In this document: positions 44,025 to 54,735 of the stretch, one piece after another
Layout: every line of letters begins with the position of its first letter
Numbering within the stretch: position 1 is the first letter of the stretch
Made by a program: the position numbers and the translations under genes
Origin: Chloropicon primus
Taxonomy: Eukaryota
Reading direction: 5' to 3'
Assembly: GCA_023205875.1 (NCBI GenBank)
Contig: CP060761.1
Coordinates: 186,001-250,000, forward strand
DNA: 64,000 bases
The notes under the pieces: generated by a model
Told to the model about the DNA's origin: nothing
The model's input: only the letters and a program-made list of their open reading frames with translations
Database searches by the model: none

Positions 44025-46041
44025 TTATCGTTTATCGAACAGCTTTAATCCAGAGCTGGTTTGCAACCACTTGCAGAGACCGAAGAAAGGCACGAACTTC
44101 GATGCATCGGGCGTGAGGCCCTCGTCCCTCTCCACCGCGGAGATCAGAAAGGGTTGCCAGATGGAGTAAAGGCACAAGTCGACGCAGAAAGCAAAGGCAA
44201 CTCGATCGGTCGTCGCGTAACGTTCGAAGTACTCGACTCTGGATGCGAGGTCACCGCCGAGCTCCGGCCGAGCAAAGGCAAACCACCAGAGGCTCGCAGC
44301 ACCAACCACGGCGCCGATGACGCCAAAGGACTTGCTGAGGAGCTTGTGGTTGCCTGACTTGTCCCTCGAGGCCTTCACTTGAGCTACGGTCGGCTCGCTG
44401 TTGACGGCTCTCAGGGCAAGGAACGGCATCAGAACGGCGTTCGTCAAGAACATCTGTACGCTCCACCAACCAGTTTTGTTCATCCCCTCGCTCTTTGTGT
44501 CCCGGAGCAGAAGCGGAAGGAACATCAGTGACCAGGCGTTCACCAAGTTGAAAAGCGCTTCATTTACTGGGTGATACGCTGGCAATGGTTGCGGCACCAA
44601 AGGCAAGTCGATTCCAAGGGACTGCAGAGCCGGCGCCACGTAGAAGAAGTTGAAGGAGCTCCCTTTGATCTCCTCCAAGGTCTCCGGCTTTATCCAAAAC
44701 AATCCCTCGCCAGGAACGAAGGGAAGGGAGTCTGGCGGGGAGAGAATCAAGGCAGATGTGTAGACTGCGGCGGCAAGAGCGAAACCGAGAGATGCCACGT
44801 TTGACCGCTTCTCTTGCCGCGGCGGTAACCCCTTGCCTTTCTTCCCCGAGGAGGGCTCGACCAAGTCCCTGGCGTAAACAATTCTTGAATCCACCACCTT
44901 GTACAAGCTGCAACCCCTGGAGAAAGGGAAAGGCTTTCCGTCGAGCTCGAGGTGCCATGTCACTCCAACCCCTCGGTCGCCGTCCGAAATGTCATCGATG
45001 CAAAAGACGAGGTCTCCAGGAATCGAGTCGCACGACTCTTGCATGAGGTCTTTGACCTTGGCCTTGCCCCGGTACGGCTCTGGGAAGTTGAGGTCTTCGT
45101 AAAGGCAATCGTCCGCGACTGAACGAGAAGAAAGGAAAAGTCAGGACGACGTGAATCAGTTGCTAGAGAGCATGGATGCGCCACTCACAGTACTCCATCG
45201 CGGTCTCCACCTCTTTCCTGTTGATCGCAGAGTAGAAGGCCCTGACAACCCTCGCCGCCTCCCCGTCTCGCGCCTCATCCTGGACAGAAAGGTTCTCCGG
45301 CCACTGAGTGGCCCGCGAGGTGTCCACGTACCTCAAGAGAGGCAGGACCACCTTCATGATCCCGAACGCGACCTCCCCCGGTTTCGAGGCCGGCTCGATG
45401 GCGTCCCGCAGGTACACAATGTCCCCTTTGTCATCAATTCTCAAGAAGGTGCACCCTCTCCCGTTCGGCACGACCTTGCCGTCAGACTCCAAGTGCCACG
45501 TCACTCCCACAGCCCTCCGACCGTCTGTGAGTTCGTCGATGACGAGAGTCACCCCCTCATCTACGGCGCCATATCTTTTGAGCAAGAAATCTTCCGCCTC
45601 CTCCTTGCCAGCGAACGCAACGGGCTCGTTGAGGTCCTCCACGAGAACCCCCGCCTCGGCCAACATACCAGCAGCTCGCCTGGCACCAGGGTGCTTGCCA
45701 AAATCCCTTCCGTTGATGGCGTCGAAGAACCTCCGGGCCACCGAAGCCGCCGGGCTCAGTTTGAACGACCCGACGCTCAACCCGCTGCTGCTCGATGGCC
45801 TGCCCTCCTGCGAGGAGACACTCGCCTCAGACTTTCTGGGTGGTTCGGGCAAACTCTGGGATGACTTCACCCGAGGAGTCATCCTGTCCCGCCTCTGCCG
45901 CCTCGAGCGAAGCAAGGTGCGCGGTCCGCGGTTCGATGGGGATGATGAACCTCGGCAGGGATCCCAGCGTCTGAGGCCAACCATCCTGCCCGCCATCACG
46001 ACGCCACAGAAAACTGATGAGCCTTGCAGACTTGTGCCCAA
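44025..46041 (-). CDS. Plastid protein with two SnoaL/NTF2-like domains and C-terminal membrane domain; intron 45188-45119
   Basis: Two repeats of FxxAIN..ED..GVTWHLE..GC; splicing gives YFADDCLYEDLNFPEP; multiple TM segments. Confidence 0.8.
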
Positions 46042-46724
46042 GCACGAAACCGAGTCAGTTTTTCAGGCACATAATCCTCACCACAGGGTCGTTTCCTTCG
46101 AGAGAAGGGTCTGCGGAAAGAGAACGAAAGGATGGTTCCATTGATGACCCCTCGTTCCCTCCTCCTCTTCTTCCTCGTTGCCCACACGTCCATCACTTAC
46201 CGTGTTCGGATGAAGCTGCGAGCGCTTCACCTGAGCCACAGAATCGGAGTGCATGGATCCCAAGGAAAAGTTTTTTGACTCATCATCACAAAGGTGTGTC
46301 AAACCAGAGGAAAGGTGGCATCTTTGGCGAGGTGGTGAGGGTTCCAACGACAGTGCAGGACCTACCGAAGCCTTTGCTCGGGTCTGGACTGAACGAAGGT
46401 CTCGCAGGTTTACCGCAAAAAAATAAAAGCAGGAGGAGGAGGAAGTTTTGAATACTCCTCTCTCTCCTTGGCCAAAACTTCCTTGGCAGCTTCCTGTGTG
46501 TGTGTGTGTGTGTTTGTGTTGGCCCCTTGTTGTTGAGCGCGTCTCTTGCGATATCCCAAGCCTGCAAGCGGCAAGCGGGGTTGGCATGAGGCCCGGGTCC
46601 TCGTAGAGGTTTGCTGGCTCCCACTTTGTTGGTCTTTCACGAGGCCAAGGCGAAACAAACTTTTCAATTGATTGATTGATTCTCACAAGGGGAGGGACAG
46701 TACACAAGTGACAACACCGAGAGT

Positions 46725-47432
46725 ATGGCGGAGGAGGCCAGCGTCGAGAAGGGGGAAGGGGTTGTGGAAGGTGGAGGAGAGGGTCAGGATGACGTCCTGC
46801 TGAGCATATTCGGCAACTACGAGTCCGACGTCAAGGTAAGTCTCTGGTGCACCTCTGGGTGTGGTTTGACTCAGGCCACAGGACTCGAGGGGCCGTGGTA
46901 GCCGCTGGAGAGAAACAAGCAAACGAGCGAGCGACTGACTGGCTGACGGTGTTCCCTCGTCCCTCACTTTGCTCCGATGCTGCAGGGAAAGATGCTGACC
47001 AAGTATCTCGGGAAGGCGCTGAGCGAGGCGGGGCTGGACCTGCCCGAAGCGGAGGTGAGGGACTTGACGTTCATCGCGGACCGCTCGTCGTGCGGTTGGG
47101 TGAAGAAGGAGGATTTCATCAGAGTCGCGAACGTGGCGAGGGATCAGAAGAGCGACGCAGAAAAGCTCAAGGACATGCTTGTCTCTCAATACAAGTCTTC
47201 GTCCTTGAGCGTGGAGGACCTCACCGAGCTGCTGCAGCAGGCGAACGGGTTCGAAGCAAAGTCGGTGGAGGGCGAGGAGTGGAATCAAGTCCTCGAATCT
47301 CTTCAACAGACGGACTCGTACCAAAAGGACGGAAAAGTGGACGCCGAGGACTTGATTCGGGTTCTCATGCACCCGGGTTTGAAGTCTACGGACTCGCCGC
47401 TCGACTCCTTGTCCATCAACCTCTCTCAGTGA
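46725..47432 (+). CDS. Divergent EF-hand (calmodulin-like) protein; exons 46725-46835 and 46986-47432
   Basis: GTAAGT...CAG intron in frame; EF-like DRSSCGWVKKEDF and KDGKVDAEDL. Confidence 0.7.
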
Positions 47433-47620
47433 CGAGAGCGTCTTTCATTTCGGTGGACAACCAACCAACCCTTGTAATCCTACATAAATCGTACACCTCT
47501 CAGCACTCTCTCGCCGCCAAGGTGCCACCTCCTCTCCGCGCTTCAGTCTCCGGGTCCCTCCTCCCTCACCCGTTGCTTGCCTCCGTTCGCGCTAACGCAT
47601 CACCTGGCAGCAAAGCAAGC

Positions 47621-47947
47621 GAAGAGAGAGAGAGAGAGAGAGGAGCACATTGGTTTGATCTGGAGGGGAGGACGGTGAGTGGCATCAAATGGGTTCCACC
47701 GTGATGGGTGAATGGCCCCTCTCCTCCTCCACATGGATCCTGATCCTGATCCCCCTTGATCCATCCTGCTGATGCTGATCAACTGCTGATTGAGAGCATG
47801 AAGAGAGAAAGAGAGAGAGAGAGAGAGGAGCACATTGGTTTGATCTGGAGGGGAGGACGGTGAGTGGCATCAAATGGGTTCCACCGTGATGGGTGAATGG
47901 CCCCTCTCCTCCTCCACATGGATCCTGATCCTGATCCCCCTTGATCC
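47621..47947. repeat. ~140-bp direct repeat (185-bp period) upstream of PP2C
   Basis: (GA)n-ggagcacattggtttgatctgg...gatcctgatccccc occurs twice. Confidence 0.9.
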
Positions 47948-48017
47948 CCCCCTTGGATGCTGCTGATTCTGCTGCTGCTGATCAGCTGAAAATATCCAAC
48001 AGAAGCAAGATCGAAGG

Positions 48018-50177
48018 ATGGCGGAGGAGTACTACCCTACGATCGAGTACGGGTTAGGTCGGACGGTGACCAAGGGGGAGGACTTTCACGTGGAGGAGGT
48101 CGGCCTCACAACAGCGGAGGAGGTCGGCTACGCAACAGCAGCGAAGAATTGTCAGGCAGTTGCGAAGTATGGTTACTTTGGGGTCTTCGATGGTCACGGG
48201 GGCAAGGGTTCAGCCAAGTTCTGTTCCGAGTCTCTGCTCGGGATTGTGTTGAAGGAGCACGCGGAGAGGGAGGAGGGTTGCGGCCAGAGCGATGACTCGA
48301 CAGCACAGCGCGATGAATTGCTTTCCGAGGAAGAGGCGTCTTGCCTGAGAAGCCAGGAGGCCTTCGTTTCCAACCTACCAGGGTGTCTGGACTCGGCGTT
48401 CAAGCAGGCGGACTTGGAGTGGAAGGAGCGTGACCTGCCGAGCGGGACAACCGCAACGGTGGCGTTCGTGAGCGCCTGGGAGCTCGTTTGCGCCAGCGTG
48501 GGCGACTCTTGCGCGTACTTTCACACGGGGAAGCAGCTGCTTCAAGTGAGCGGGAACCACCGCATCGAGGAGGACAAGGAAACGGGGAAGGTTGTCGTCA
48601 CCGATGAAATAAAGAGGGTGAGAGGGTGCGGCGGTTCCGTGGCGAGGGCAGAAATCGAGGGGAAGGCCGTTGGGCCGTTGAGGATCTGGCCAGGCGGCCT
48701 GGCGATGACGAGGACGCTTGGCGACAAAGCCGCAAGCGAGGTGAGCAGCAGCACCCCGGAGGTGAGGCATCTTAGCCTGCCGCAGACTGGCGGCAGGCTC
48801 ATCATGGCCTCGGACGGGCTTTGGGACGCCGTGACCCCGAAGCAAGCCTTCTCCCTGGTGAAGTCGACGCAGGCAAGCAAAGCCGCTACGAAGCTGTGCA
48901 AGGCAAGCGTGAAGGCCCTCGGAAAGAGGGACGACATCACCGTGATCGTCGTGGACGTCTGTCCACCGGAGAGCACCTTGAAGAGGGATGAAGGGGTGTG
49001 CGGCCCTGCGCCAAAGCAGCACTTTGTCAGGACCGTCAGCCCGGACCAGAATCAGAAGCCTTACGACAAGTGGAAGGCTTGGAACACGTTTGCGTTCAAG
49101 GAGGCGTGCAGGTGCGTGAGGGATTACGAGAGAATGAAGGCAGAGCAAGCCGCTGCTGCTGCTGAGGCGGAGGCTGCTCGGGCGTTGGCGGAACTCGAGA
49201 TGGAGAAGGCGAGGGGGATTGATCCGTTGGGGTCTGATGGCGACGACGGGGGCTGGGAGCTTCCCAAGGGGCGGAATTCGAGTCACAGCAACAAGGATTC
49301 CCCGTCCCGTCCCGTCGTGGACGAAGAGAGAGAAAAGAGGAAGAAGGAGGCCCTCGAGAGGAAGAAGCTTAAGAGAAAGCTTAAGAAGCTCGAGAAGATG
49401 CAGATGCAGCAAAAGGAGGCAGGCAATGGCGTGGAGGCGGCGGATGGTGCGACCCCCGGCGAAGACAATCGCCAGGACGCGAAGCAGATGCCGCCTGCAG
49501 GGAAATCGACCCAGAAACAGCCAAAGGCGAAGCCTCAGCACAGCGACCGAAAGGAGCACCAGAGGCACCCGTCCCCGGGAAAAAAGTGGAACAAATCAGG
49601 AAAGAGGCAGCCTGCTTCCCGGCGGGGGGACAGGAATCGCCAGAATGGTTTTGATGGGTCGGACGACCAGGCGACGGCAGCGGGCGGCAACGTTAGCGCG
49701 GAGGAAGGAGGGGTGGGAGGCAGAACGATCACGTTCACCAAGCCGTCCAAATTCGGCGCAAAGGGTGCCGCTGGGACGGGGGGCCAGCCGCGAAGCCCGA
49801 GCCCGAGGAAGGTCGGTCGAGGCGGTCAAGGCGGTCGGGGTGGCAGCAGAGGCGGTCGGGGTGGCAGCAGAGGCGGCAGGAGCGAAGGCCAAGGCAGAGA
49901 AGCCCGGCACCAGGGCGGGGGGTTCAAGGGGGATCCCGCGCCTGGAGCGGAGACGCCGGGCAAGGGGGGCCAAAAGAGTTTCAACAACAGGAGGGCTCCC
50001 GGCAACAGAGGTGGCCGAGGCGGGGGAAGGGGGGCGAGGAGGGGCGCCAAGGGTCCGCAGAGCCCTGATCAGAGGAGGGCGAGGGCCGAGCAGTGGGGCG
50101 CGAAGGAGGAGCTCGCCGGAAAGCTTCTTCTGGACATGATCAAGGGGAGGGCCAACGTGGGAGCACCTGTGGCGTAG
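48018..50177 (+). CDS. PP2C protein phosphatase with long disordered RGG-rich C-terminus
   Basis: GVFDGHGG, SGTTAT, SVGDS, GGLAMTRTLGD, ASDGLWD, DDITVIVVD. Confidence 0.92.
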   Translation: MAEEYYPTIEYGLGRTVTKGEDFHVEEVGLTTAEEVGYATAAKNCQAVAKYGYFGVFDGHGGKGSAKFCSESLLGIVLKEHAEREEGCGQSDDSTAQRDELLSEEEASCLRSQEAFVSNLPGCLDSAFKQADLEWKERDLPSGTTATVAFVSAWELVCASVGDSCAYFHTGKQLLQVSGNHRIEEDKETGKVVVTDEIKRVRGCGGSVARAEIEGKAVGPLRIWPGGLAMTRTLGDKAASEVSSSTPEVRHLSLPQTGGRLIMASDGLWDAVTPKQAFSLVKSTQASKAATKLCKASVKALGKRDDITVIVVDVCPPESTLKRDEGVCGPAPKQHFVRTVSPDQNQKPYDKWKAWNTFAFKEACRCVRDYERMKAEQAAAAAEAEAARALAELEMEKARGIDPLGSDGDDGGWELPKGRNSSHSNKDSPSRPVVDEEREKRKKEALERKKLKRKLKKLEKMQMQQKEAGNGVEAADGATPGEDNRQDAKQMPPAGKSTQKQPKAKPQHSDRKEHQRHPSPGKKWNKSGKRQPASRRGDRNRQNGFDGSDDQATAAGGNVSAEEGGVGGRTITFTKPSKFGAKGAAGTGGQPRSPSPRKVGRGGQGGRGGSRGGRGGSRGGRSEGQGREARHQGGGFKGDPAPGAETPGKGGQKSFNNRRAPGNRGGRGGGRGARRGAKGPQSPDQRRARAEQWGAKEELAGKLLLDMIKGRANVGAPVA

Positions 50178-50301
50178 TAGCAGCGGTGACGAGAGAGAGA
50201 GAGTTTCGTTTGTCGTTGTTCTTGTTGTTTGTAGAAATCCTAAGCGGTAGCTTATATTAGCAATAAAACACATACCAAGATGACCCGTCTCATCGATTGA
50301 T

Positions 50302-51107
50302 TTAGATGATTCCGATCTTGTTGGCGATGTCCAAGGCATCGTAGTCAGCCGTGAGTCTAACGTAGGCCTTCTTCTTTCCGTCTGGCCTGATGAGGGTGTT
50401 GATCTTCTTGCACTGGATGTCGTACATTCTGCTAACGGCGTTCCTAATCTTCTTCTTATCGGCCCTGGTGTCCACGATGAAGACGAGGGTGTTGTTGTCC
50501 TCAATCTTCTTCATGGCGCTCTCCGTCGTGAGCGGGAACTGGAGGATCTGGTAGTCGTCCAAAAGCTCAGCAGCAGGGGCACTCTTCCTTGGGTACTTTG
50601 GGTCCCTCGCCCTCTTCAGGGTCTTGGGTCTGTGGAAAGTCGCCGACATGCGGGTCTTGTTCGACTTGTTCTTGTTGATGGTCGACTTGGTCGCCTTCGC
50701 GGCCTTGGACGCCTTATCTTTACCTGGAGGAAAAAGCGAGCGCAGCAACAAACAACAAACAAAATAAAAGTCAGAACAACCAAACAACAAAAACTTCTTC
50801 CAATCCTCCTCCTCCTATGACGATACGATACGATACGATACGATACGATACGATGCGATGCGGGACGAGGCCATGCGATGCGATTCGATTCGATTAGCTC
50901 CTCTCTCTCTCTCTCCTCTCTCTCCGCCTGTGTCTGTGATGGCTCTGTCTTCTCCAGCCCTCCAAGAGCAAAAAAGCAAAATCAAAAAGCTCTCGCCCTC
51001 GCCAACCGTCTCCGCTCGTACTCGTCCCCTCGTCCCCTCGATGCTCTCGTCTCGTCTCGTCTCGTCTCGTCCCTTCTCGTCTCGGTGGAGTGCCACTCAC
51101 CTGCCAT
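50302..51107 (-). CDS. RPL23A: 60S ribosomal protein uL23 (L23a); exons 51107-51101 and 50723-50302
   Basis: [55 protein letters not shown] micro-exon. Confidence 0.97.
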
Positions 51108-51364
51108 GATGCTCTTGTCTTTGTCTCCGTCGCTCTCGTCGTAGCGTCAACTGACGATCGTGTTCTCTTCGCTTCGCTTCGTTTCGGCTCTCTCTCTCTC
51201 TCTCTTTCCCCTAACAAGAGAAATCTACACAGAAGGAGACGAAAGGTTTGCGGCGGCGGCGGATGTCGTACAATAGGTGTACAATGATAACAAACGAGTG
51301 TACATAAAAAAACGTCCCATTTGAAAGTTGAAATTTGAAATGGGGGGGCGGAGCCTTGCGCACA

Positions 51365-51707
51365 GGAGGGGGCGTGACCAAGGGGAAGGGTGGCGCGTTA
51401 CAGGCTCCAGGCGAGCGGGGGTTTGAGTTACGGGGAGAGAGAGGGTGGTGAGGCGATAGGTCGTCTCACGATCGTTCGATTGAACCCTTGGTTGACCATT
51501 TTGGTGTGCTGGATTGCACTGGAAGAGGCGGTTTAGGAGAGGGGCGTGACCTGTTGGAGGTGAGGGGAAGGGTGGCGCGTTACGGGATTCAAACGGGAGA
51601 GGGGTTGGGTTACGGGGTGCAATAGGGTAGTGACACGAATGATCGTCTCACGATCTTTCGATTGAGTCATTGGTTGACCATTTTGGTGTGCTGGATTGCA
51701 CTGGAAA
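51365..51707. repeat. Diverged ~180-bp tandem duplication in the divergent promoter between RPL23A and the methyltransferase
   Basis: ggggaagggtggcgcgttac and ttggttgaccattttggtgtgctggattgcactggaa each occur twice, ~181 bp apart. Confidence 0.85.
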
Positions 51708-51758
51708 CGTTCGTGGAGGGGGATCCATCCATCCACAGACTTCCACACATCCACTGAA

Positions 51759-52607
51759 ATGGTGGTGATGAAGTGTCGAGGGTTGAAGAGAGACGTGTAC
51801 ACTCACGGGCACCACGCCTCGGTCGTGTCGCAACATGCGGGTCGGACGGCCCAGAACTCGGCAGCGTTCCTGTTGCCGAGGCTCCGGGACGGCCTCACGG
51901 TTCTCGACGTGGGCTGCGGCCCTGGAACCATCTCGGTGGGCCTCGCGCAGTCCGTTGGGCCTCGAGGCAAGCTGGTCGCCGTGGACGCGGCGGAGGCCGC
52001 GGTGATCCTTGCGAAGGAGGCAGCACGCAAGTCGGCGGTCGGGAACATGGAGGTCAGGGTGGCTTCCGCGTACGACCTTCCTTACGGGGACGACACGTTC
52101 GACGTTGCGTTTGCCCACCAGACCCTGCAGCACCTTTCCGACCCAGTCGAAGCCCTGAGGGAGCTCAAGAGAGTTGTCAAGACCCCGGGGGGGATCGTGG
52201 CCGCGAGGGACGCGGATTACGCCAGCATGTTGTCCCACCCCGTGATTCCCGGGATCGAGAGGTGGAGGGACGTCTACCGGCAGGTCGCGAGGGCGAACCA
52301 AGCAGAGCCGGATGCCGGTCGGCACCTCGTGGCGTGGGCGCGTCAGGCTGGCTGGTCCGTCGAGGATATTGAGTTCACGACCAGCGTGAAACTGTACAGC
52401 GGCACCGTCGACGAGGGGGAGCGGGCGAGGTGGGGGGGCGACTGGTCCAGGAGGTCGCTCGAGAGCGATTTTGGCAGTCAGGCGGTGGAGTACAACATCG
52501 CTACTGCGGACGAGATGAACGCGATTTCCCGGGCTTGGCTGGAGTTCAAGGACAACCCGGAATCGCTCTTCTACTACGTGAACGGGGAGGTCATCCTCCA
52601 GAACTAA
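51759..52607 (+). CDS. Class I SAM-dependent methyltransferase (UbiE/Methyltransf_31-like)
   Basis: YTHGHH..RTAQNSAAFLLP, VLDVGCGPGTI, FDVAFAHQTLQHLSDPV. Confidence 0.9.
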   Translation: MVVMKCRGLKRDVYTHGHHASVVSQHAGRTAQNSAAFLLPRLRDGLTVLDVGCGPGTISVGLAQSVGPRGKLVAVDAAEAAVILAKEAARKSAVGNMEVRVASAYDLPYGDDTFDVAFAHQTLQHLSDPVEALRELKRVVKTPGGIVAARDADYASMLSHPVIPGIERWRDVYRQVARANQAEPDAGRHLVAWARQAGWSVEDIEFTTSVKLYSGTVDEGERARWGGDWSRRSLESDFGSQAVEYNIATADEMNAISRAWLEFKDNPESLFYYVNGEVILQN

Positions 52608-52912
52608 CAATTTTTAATCTTGTACATCATCATTTTCGTTTGCTCGGTCTCTGTCCCATTCATCCGTCAAGAGGAGGGGGAGGGAGACATGCTGCTGAGG
52701 TGACACGCGCGGCAGTGAAAAGGTTGCCTGCCTTGCACCCAAAAAAGTTTACAAAAATGTTATTACAAAACTACTAGTAAGCGTACAAAAAGTTCTCTTC
52801 CTCTACTTCACCCCCTCCCAAAAAGTTACAAAAATAATACTAGTGAAACACCTCTCTCTCTCTCTGTCGAGGTAGTCAAAATTGCCCTGTCCCTCATGTC
52901 ACACCACGCGTC

Positions 52913-54259
52913 TTACCAAGAGTTCCAGGCGTCGTCATTCGCCCTGACGTCCGCGTTGATGGGCTTCTTTTCGGTTGCCGGGCCGCCGCCAGCAACGGTG
53001 GACTCGTCCTTGAGCGACTCCTCGGCGCCGTTCGACTGGCCATCCTCCACCGGTTCAGCGGGATCCAGAATGTTTTCCTCGCTGATTACGGGAAGTTGCC
53101 TCTGGATCTTCGCCTCTTTCTCGGCCTTCAATCTGGACTCCGCCTCCACTCTGCGCTGCTTGGATTGCTCCTTCAGCCTCGCCCTCCTTTCCGCTCTCTT
53201 GATGAACTCCTGAGAGACCGTCCTGTCTTCCGGGATGCCAGCTTGAACTTTGAGCTCCCTCTCCTCCTTGGCCACCCTCGCTGCCCTCATCTTGGCTTCG
53301 GCATCCGCCCGTCTCTGCTTGGATTCCTCCGCTCTCATCCTCTTGAGCTCCGGTTTCGGGATCTTCTTGCGCTCCTTGTCCTTCAATTTCCTGGCCTCCT
53401 TCCTCTTCTGGAACTCAGACCTGCGCTGAGCCGCAGCACCTTCCGCCAAAGCTATGGCCTCCAGCTTCTTCGCGTTTCTCTTCTCGGTCTCCGCCTTCCT
53501 CTCCGCCTCCGCGGCCTCCCTTCGCTGCTTCGCTTCGGCTGTCATCTGCTTGATCCTCTCCGCCTTCGCCAAGCGCCTCGCCTTGCCGTCCCCGCGTTGG
53601 GGCGACTTCAAGACGACTTCCATTCGATAGGGTTGCTTGAGGCTGCCGTCTTCAGCGGCAGCTGCCTCGGCCTGGGCCTCGGCCTGGGCCTCCGCCTTGC
53701 GGTAAGCCTCCATCGCATCGTCGTACACGGGGGAGCCGGGGGAGTACTTGTACTTCTCCGACGGCCTGGAGCTGCCAAAGGCGGGAAGGGCGAACGCCAA
53801 GAAAGTGGAGGCCAAGAAAGCAATGTTCTGCCCAGAACCCTCGGGCTCCACCTTGGGCGACGACTTCACCGCCACGGGCTTGGGAGGCGCCTCCGGCGCC
53901 GGCGCGACCTTTGCGGCCCTTGATTTGGGAGCAGTCCCCGTCACGGCTTCCGATCCCGAGGCCTTGCCGGCCTCGTACGCTTCCTTATCCACGCTCACGA
54001 CGCCAGCGGTGCTCAGGTACTTTGAGTAGGCGTCGGCCTCCTCCCTCCTCGCGGCCTCGGCACTCAGACTCGGCTGACCCGCCACAGCCCACGCCACAAT
54101 CGCAGCGGCAGCGGCTGCCACGGCCTTCTTGCCCACGGCCTCCTGCGGTGCCCCCTCTCGCCCAACATCCCTCGCGGCCCTGGCCCTCACCACCGGCCTC
54201 GATCCCGCCCCTCGCTTCACCTGGACCCTCCTCGACCCAGCACACACCATCACCTGCAT
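52913..54259 (-). CDS. Plastid/thylakoid-targeted coiled-coil protein, paralog A
   Basis: Transit peptide plus hydrophobic segment ending AEA, second hydrophobic segment, K/E/R-rich coiled coil. Confidence 0.75.
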   Translation of the reverse strand: MQVMVCAGSRRVQVKRGAGSRPVVRARAARDVGREGAPQEAVGKKAVAAAAAAIVAWAVAGQPSLSAEAARREEADAYSKYLSTAGVVSVDKEAYEAGKASGSEAVTGTAPKSRAAKVAPAPEAPPKPVAVKSSPKVEPEGSGQNIAFLASTFLAFALPAFGSSRPSEKYKYSPGSPVYDDAMEAYRKAEAQAEAQAEAAAAEDGSLKQPYRMEVVLKSPQRGDGKARRLAKAERIKQMTAEAKQRREAAEAERKAETEKRNAKKLEAIALAEGAAAQRRSEFQKRKEARKLKDKERKKIPKPELKRMRAEESKQRRADAEAKMRAARVAKEERELKVQAGIPEDRTVSQEFIKRAERRARLKEQSKQRRVEAESRLKAEKEAKIQRQLPVISEENILDPAEPVEDGQSNGAEESLKDESTVAGGGPATEKKPINADVRANDDAWNSW

Positions 54260-54735
54260 CCCTTCCGAACAGTTTACGAGACCTTCCTCGTCACTCCCGG
54301 CGTCGAATGGGTCGAGTGACCGACCAATCGAAAGCCCGTGAACCTTAGTTTCGTTCAGTGACCCTTGGAAAGTCGCCCTTCTCTCCCTCCCCTCGCCCTC
54401 TCTCTCAATTACCTCCCCTTGCCCTTCTCTTCCTCAACAGGAAGCTGATTGGATAAGACGGATGAGATCTCTCTTGAGATCTCGAGGAGGACGTGAGGCG
54501 AGGCGTCAGGTGAGGAGGGATTCAACTGAAAACAAAAACTTAATATCTCGGATTACAAAATCGGCGAGAGCCTGCAAAATTGTGTCAAAACTTGGCTTTC
54601 CTCTCTCTCCCCTCTCTCCCCCCCCCCGGCCTGCAAAATTGTGTCAAAATTTGGCTCTCCGCCCTCTTCTCTCTCCTCCTCTCTCTCCAACGAAAAGTCT
54701 CAAAACTCTTCATCTGTGTGCTCAAACGCAACCGA

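Noticed and set aside
46200..46450. Possible ncRNA on the minus strand (TGATGA box-C-like)
   Set aside because: No convincing D box, terminal stem or rRNA guide recognised.
50724..51100. RPL23A intron as a snoRNA host
   Set aside because: Mostly simple repeats; no C/D or H/ACA architecture seen.
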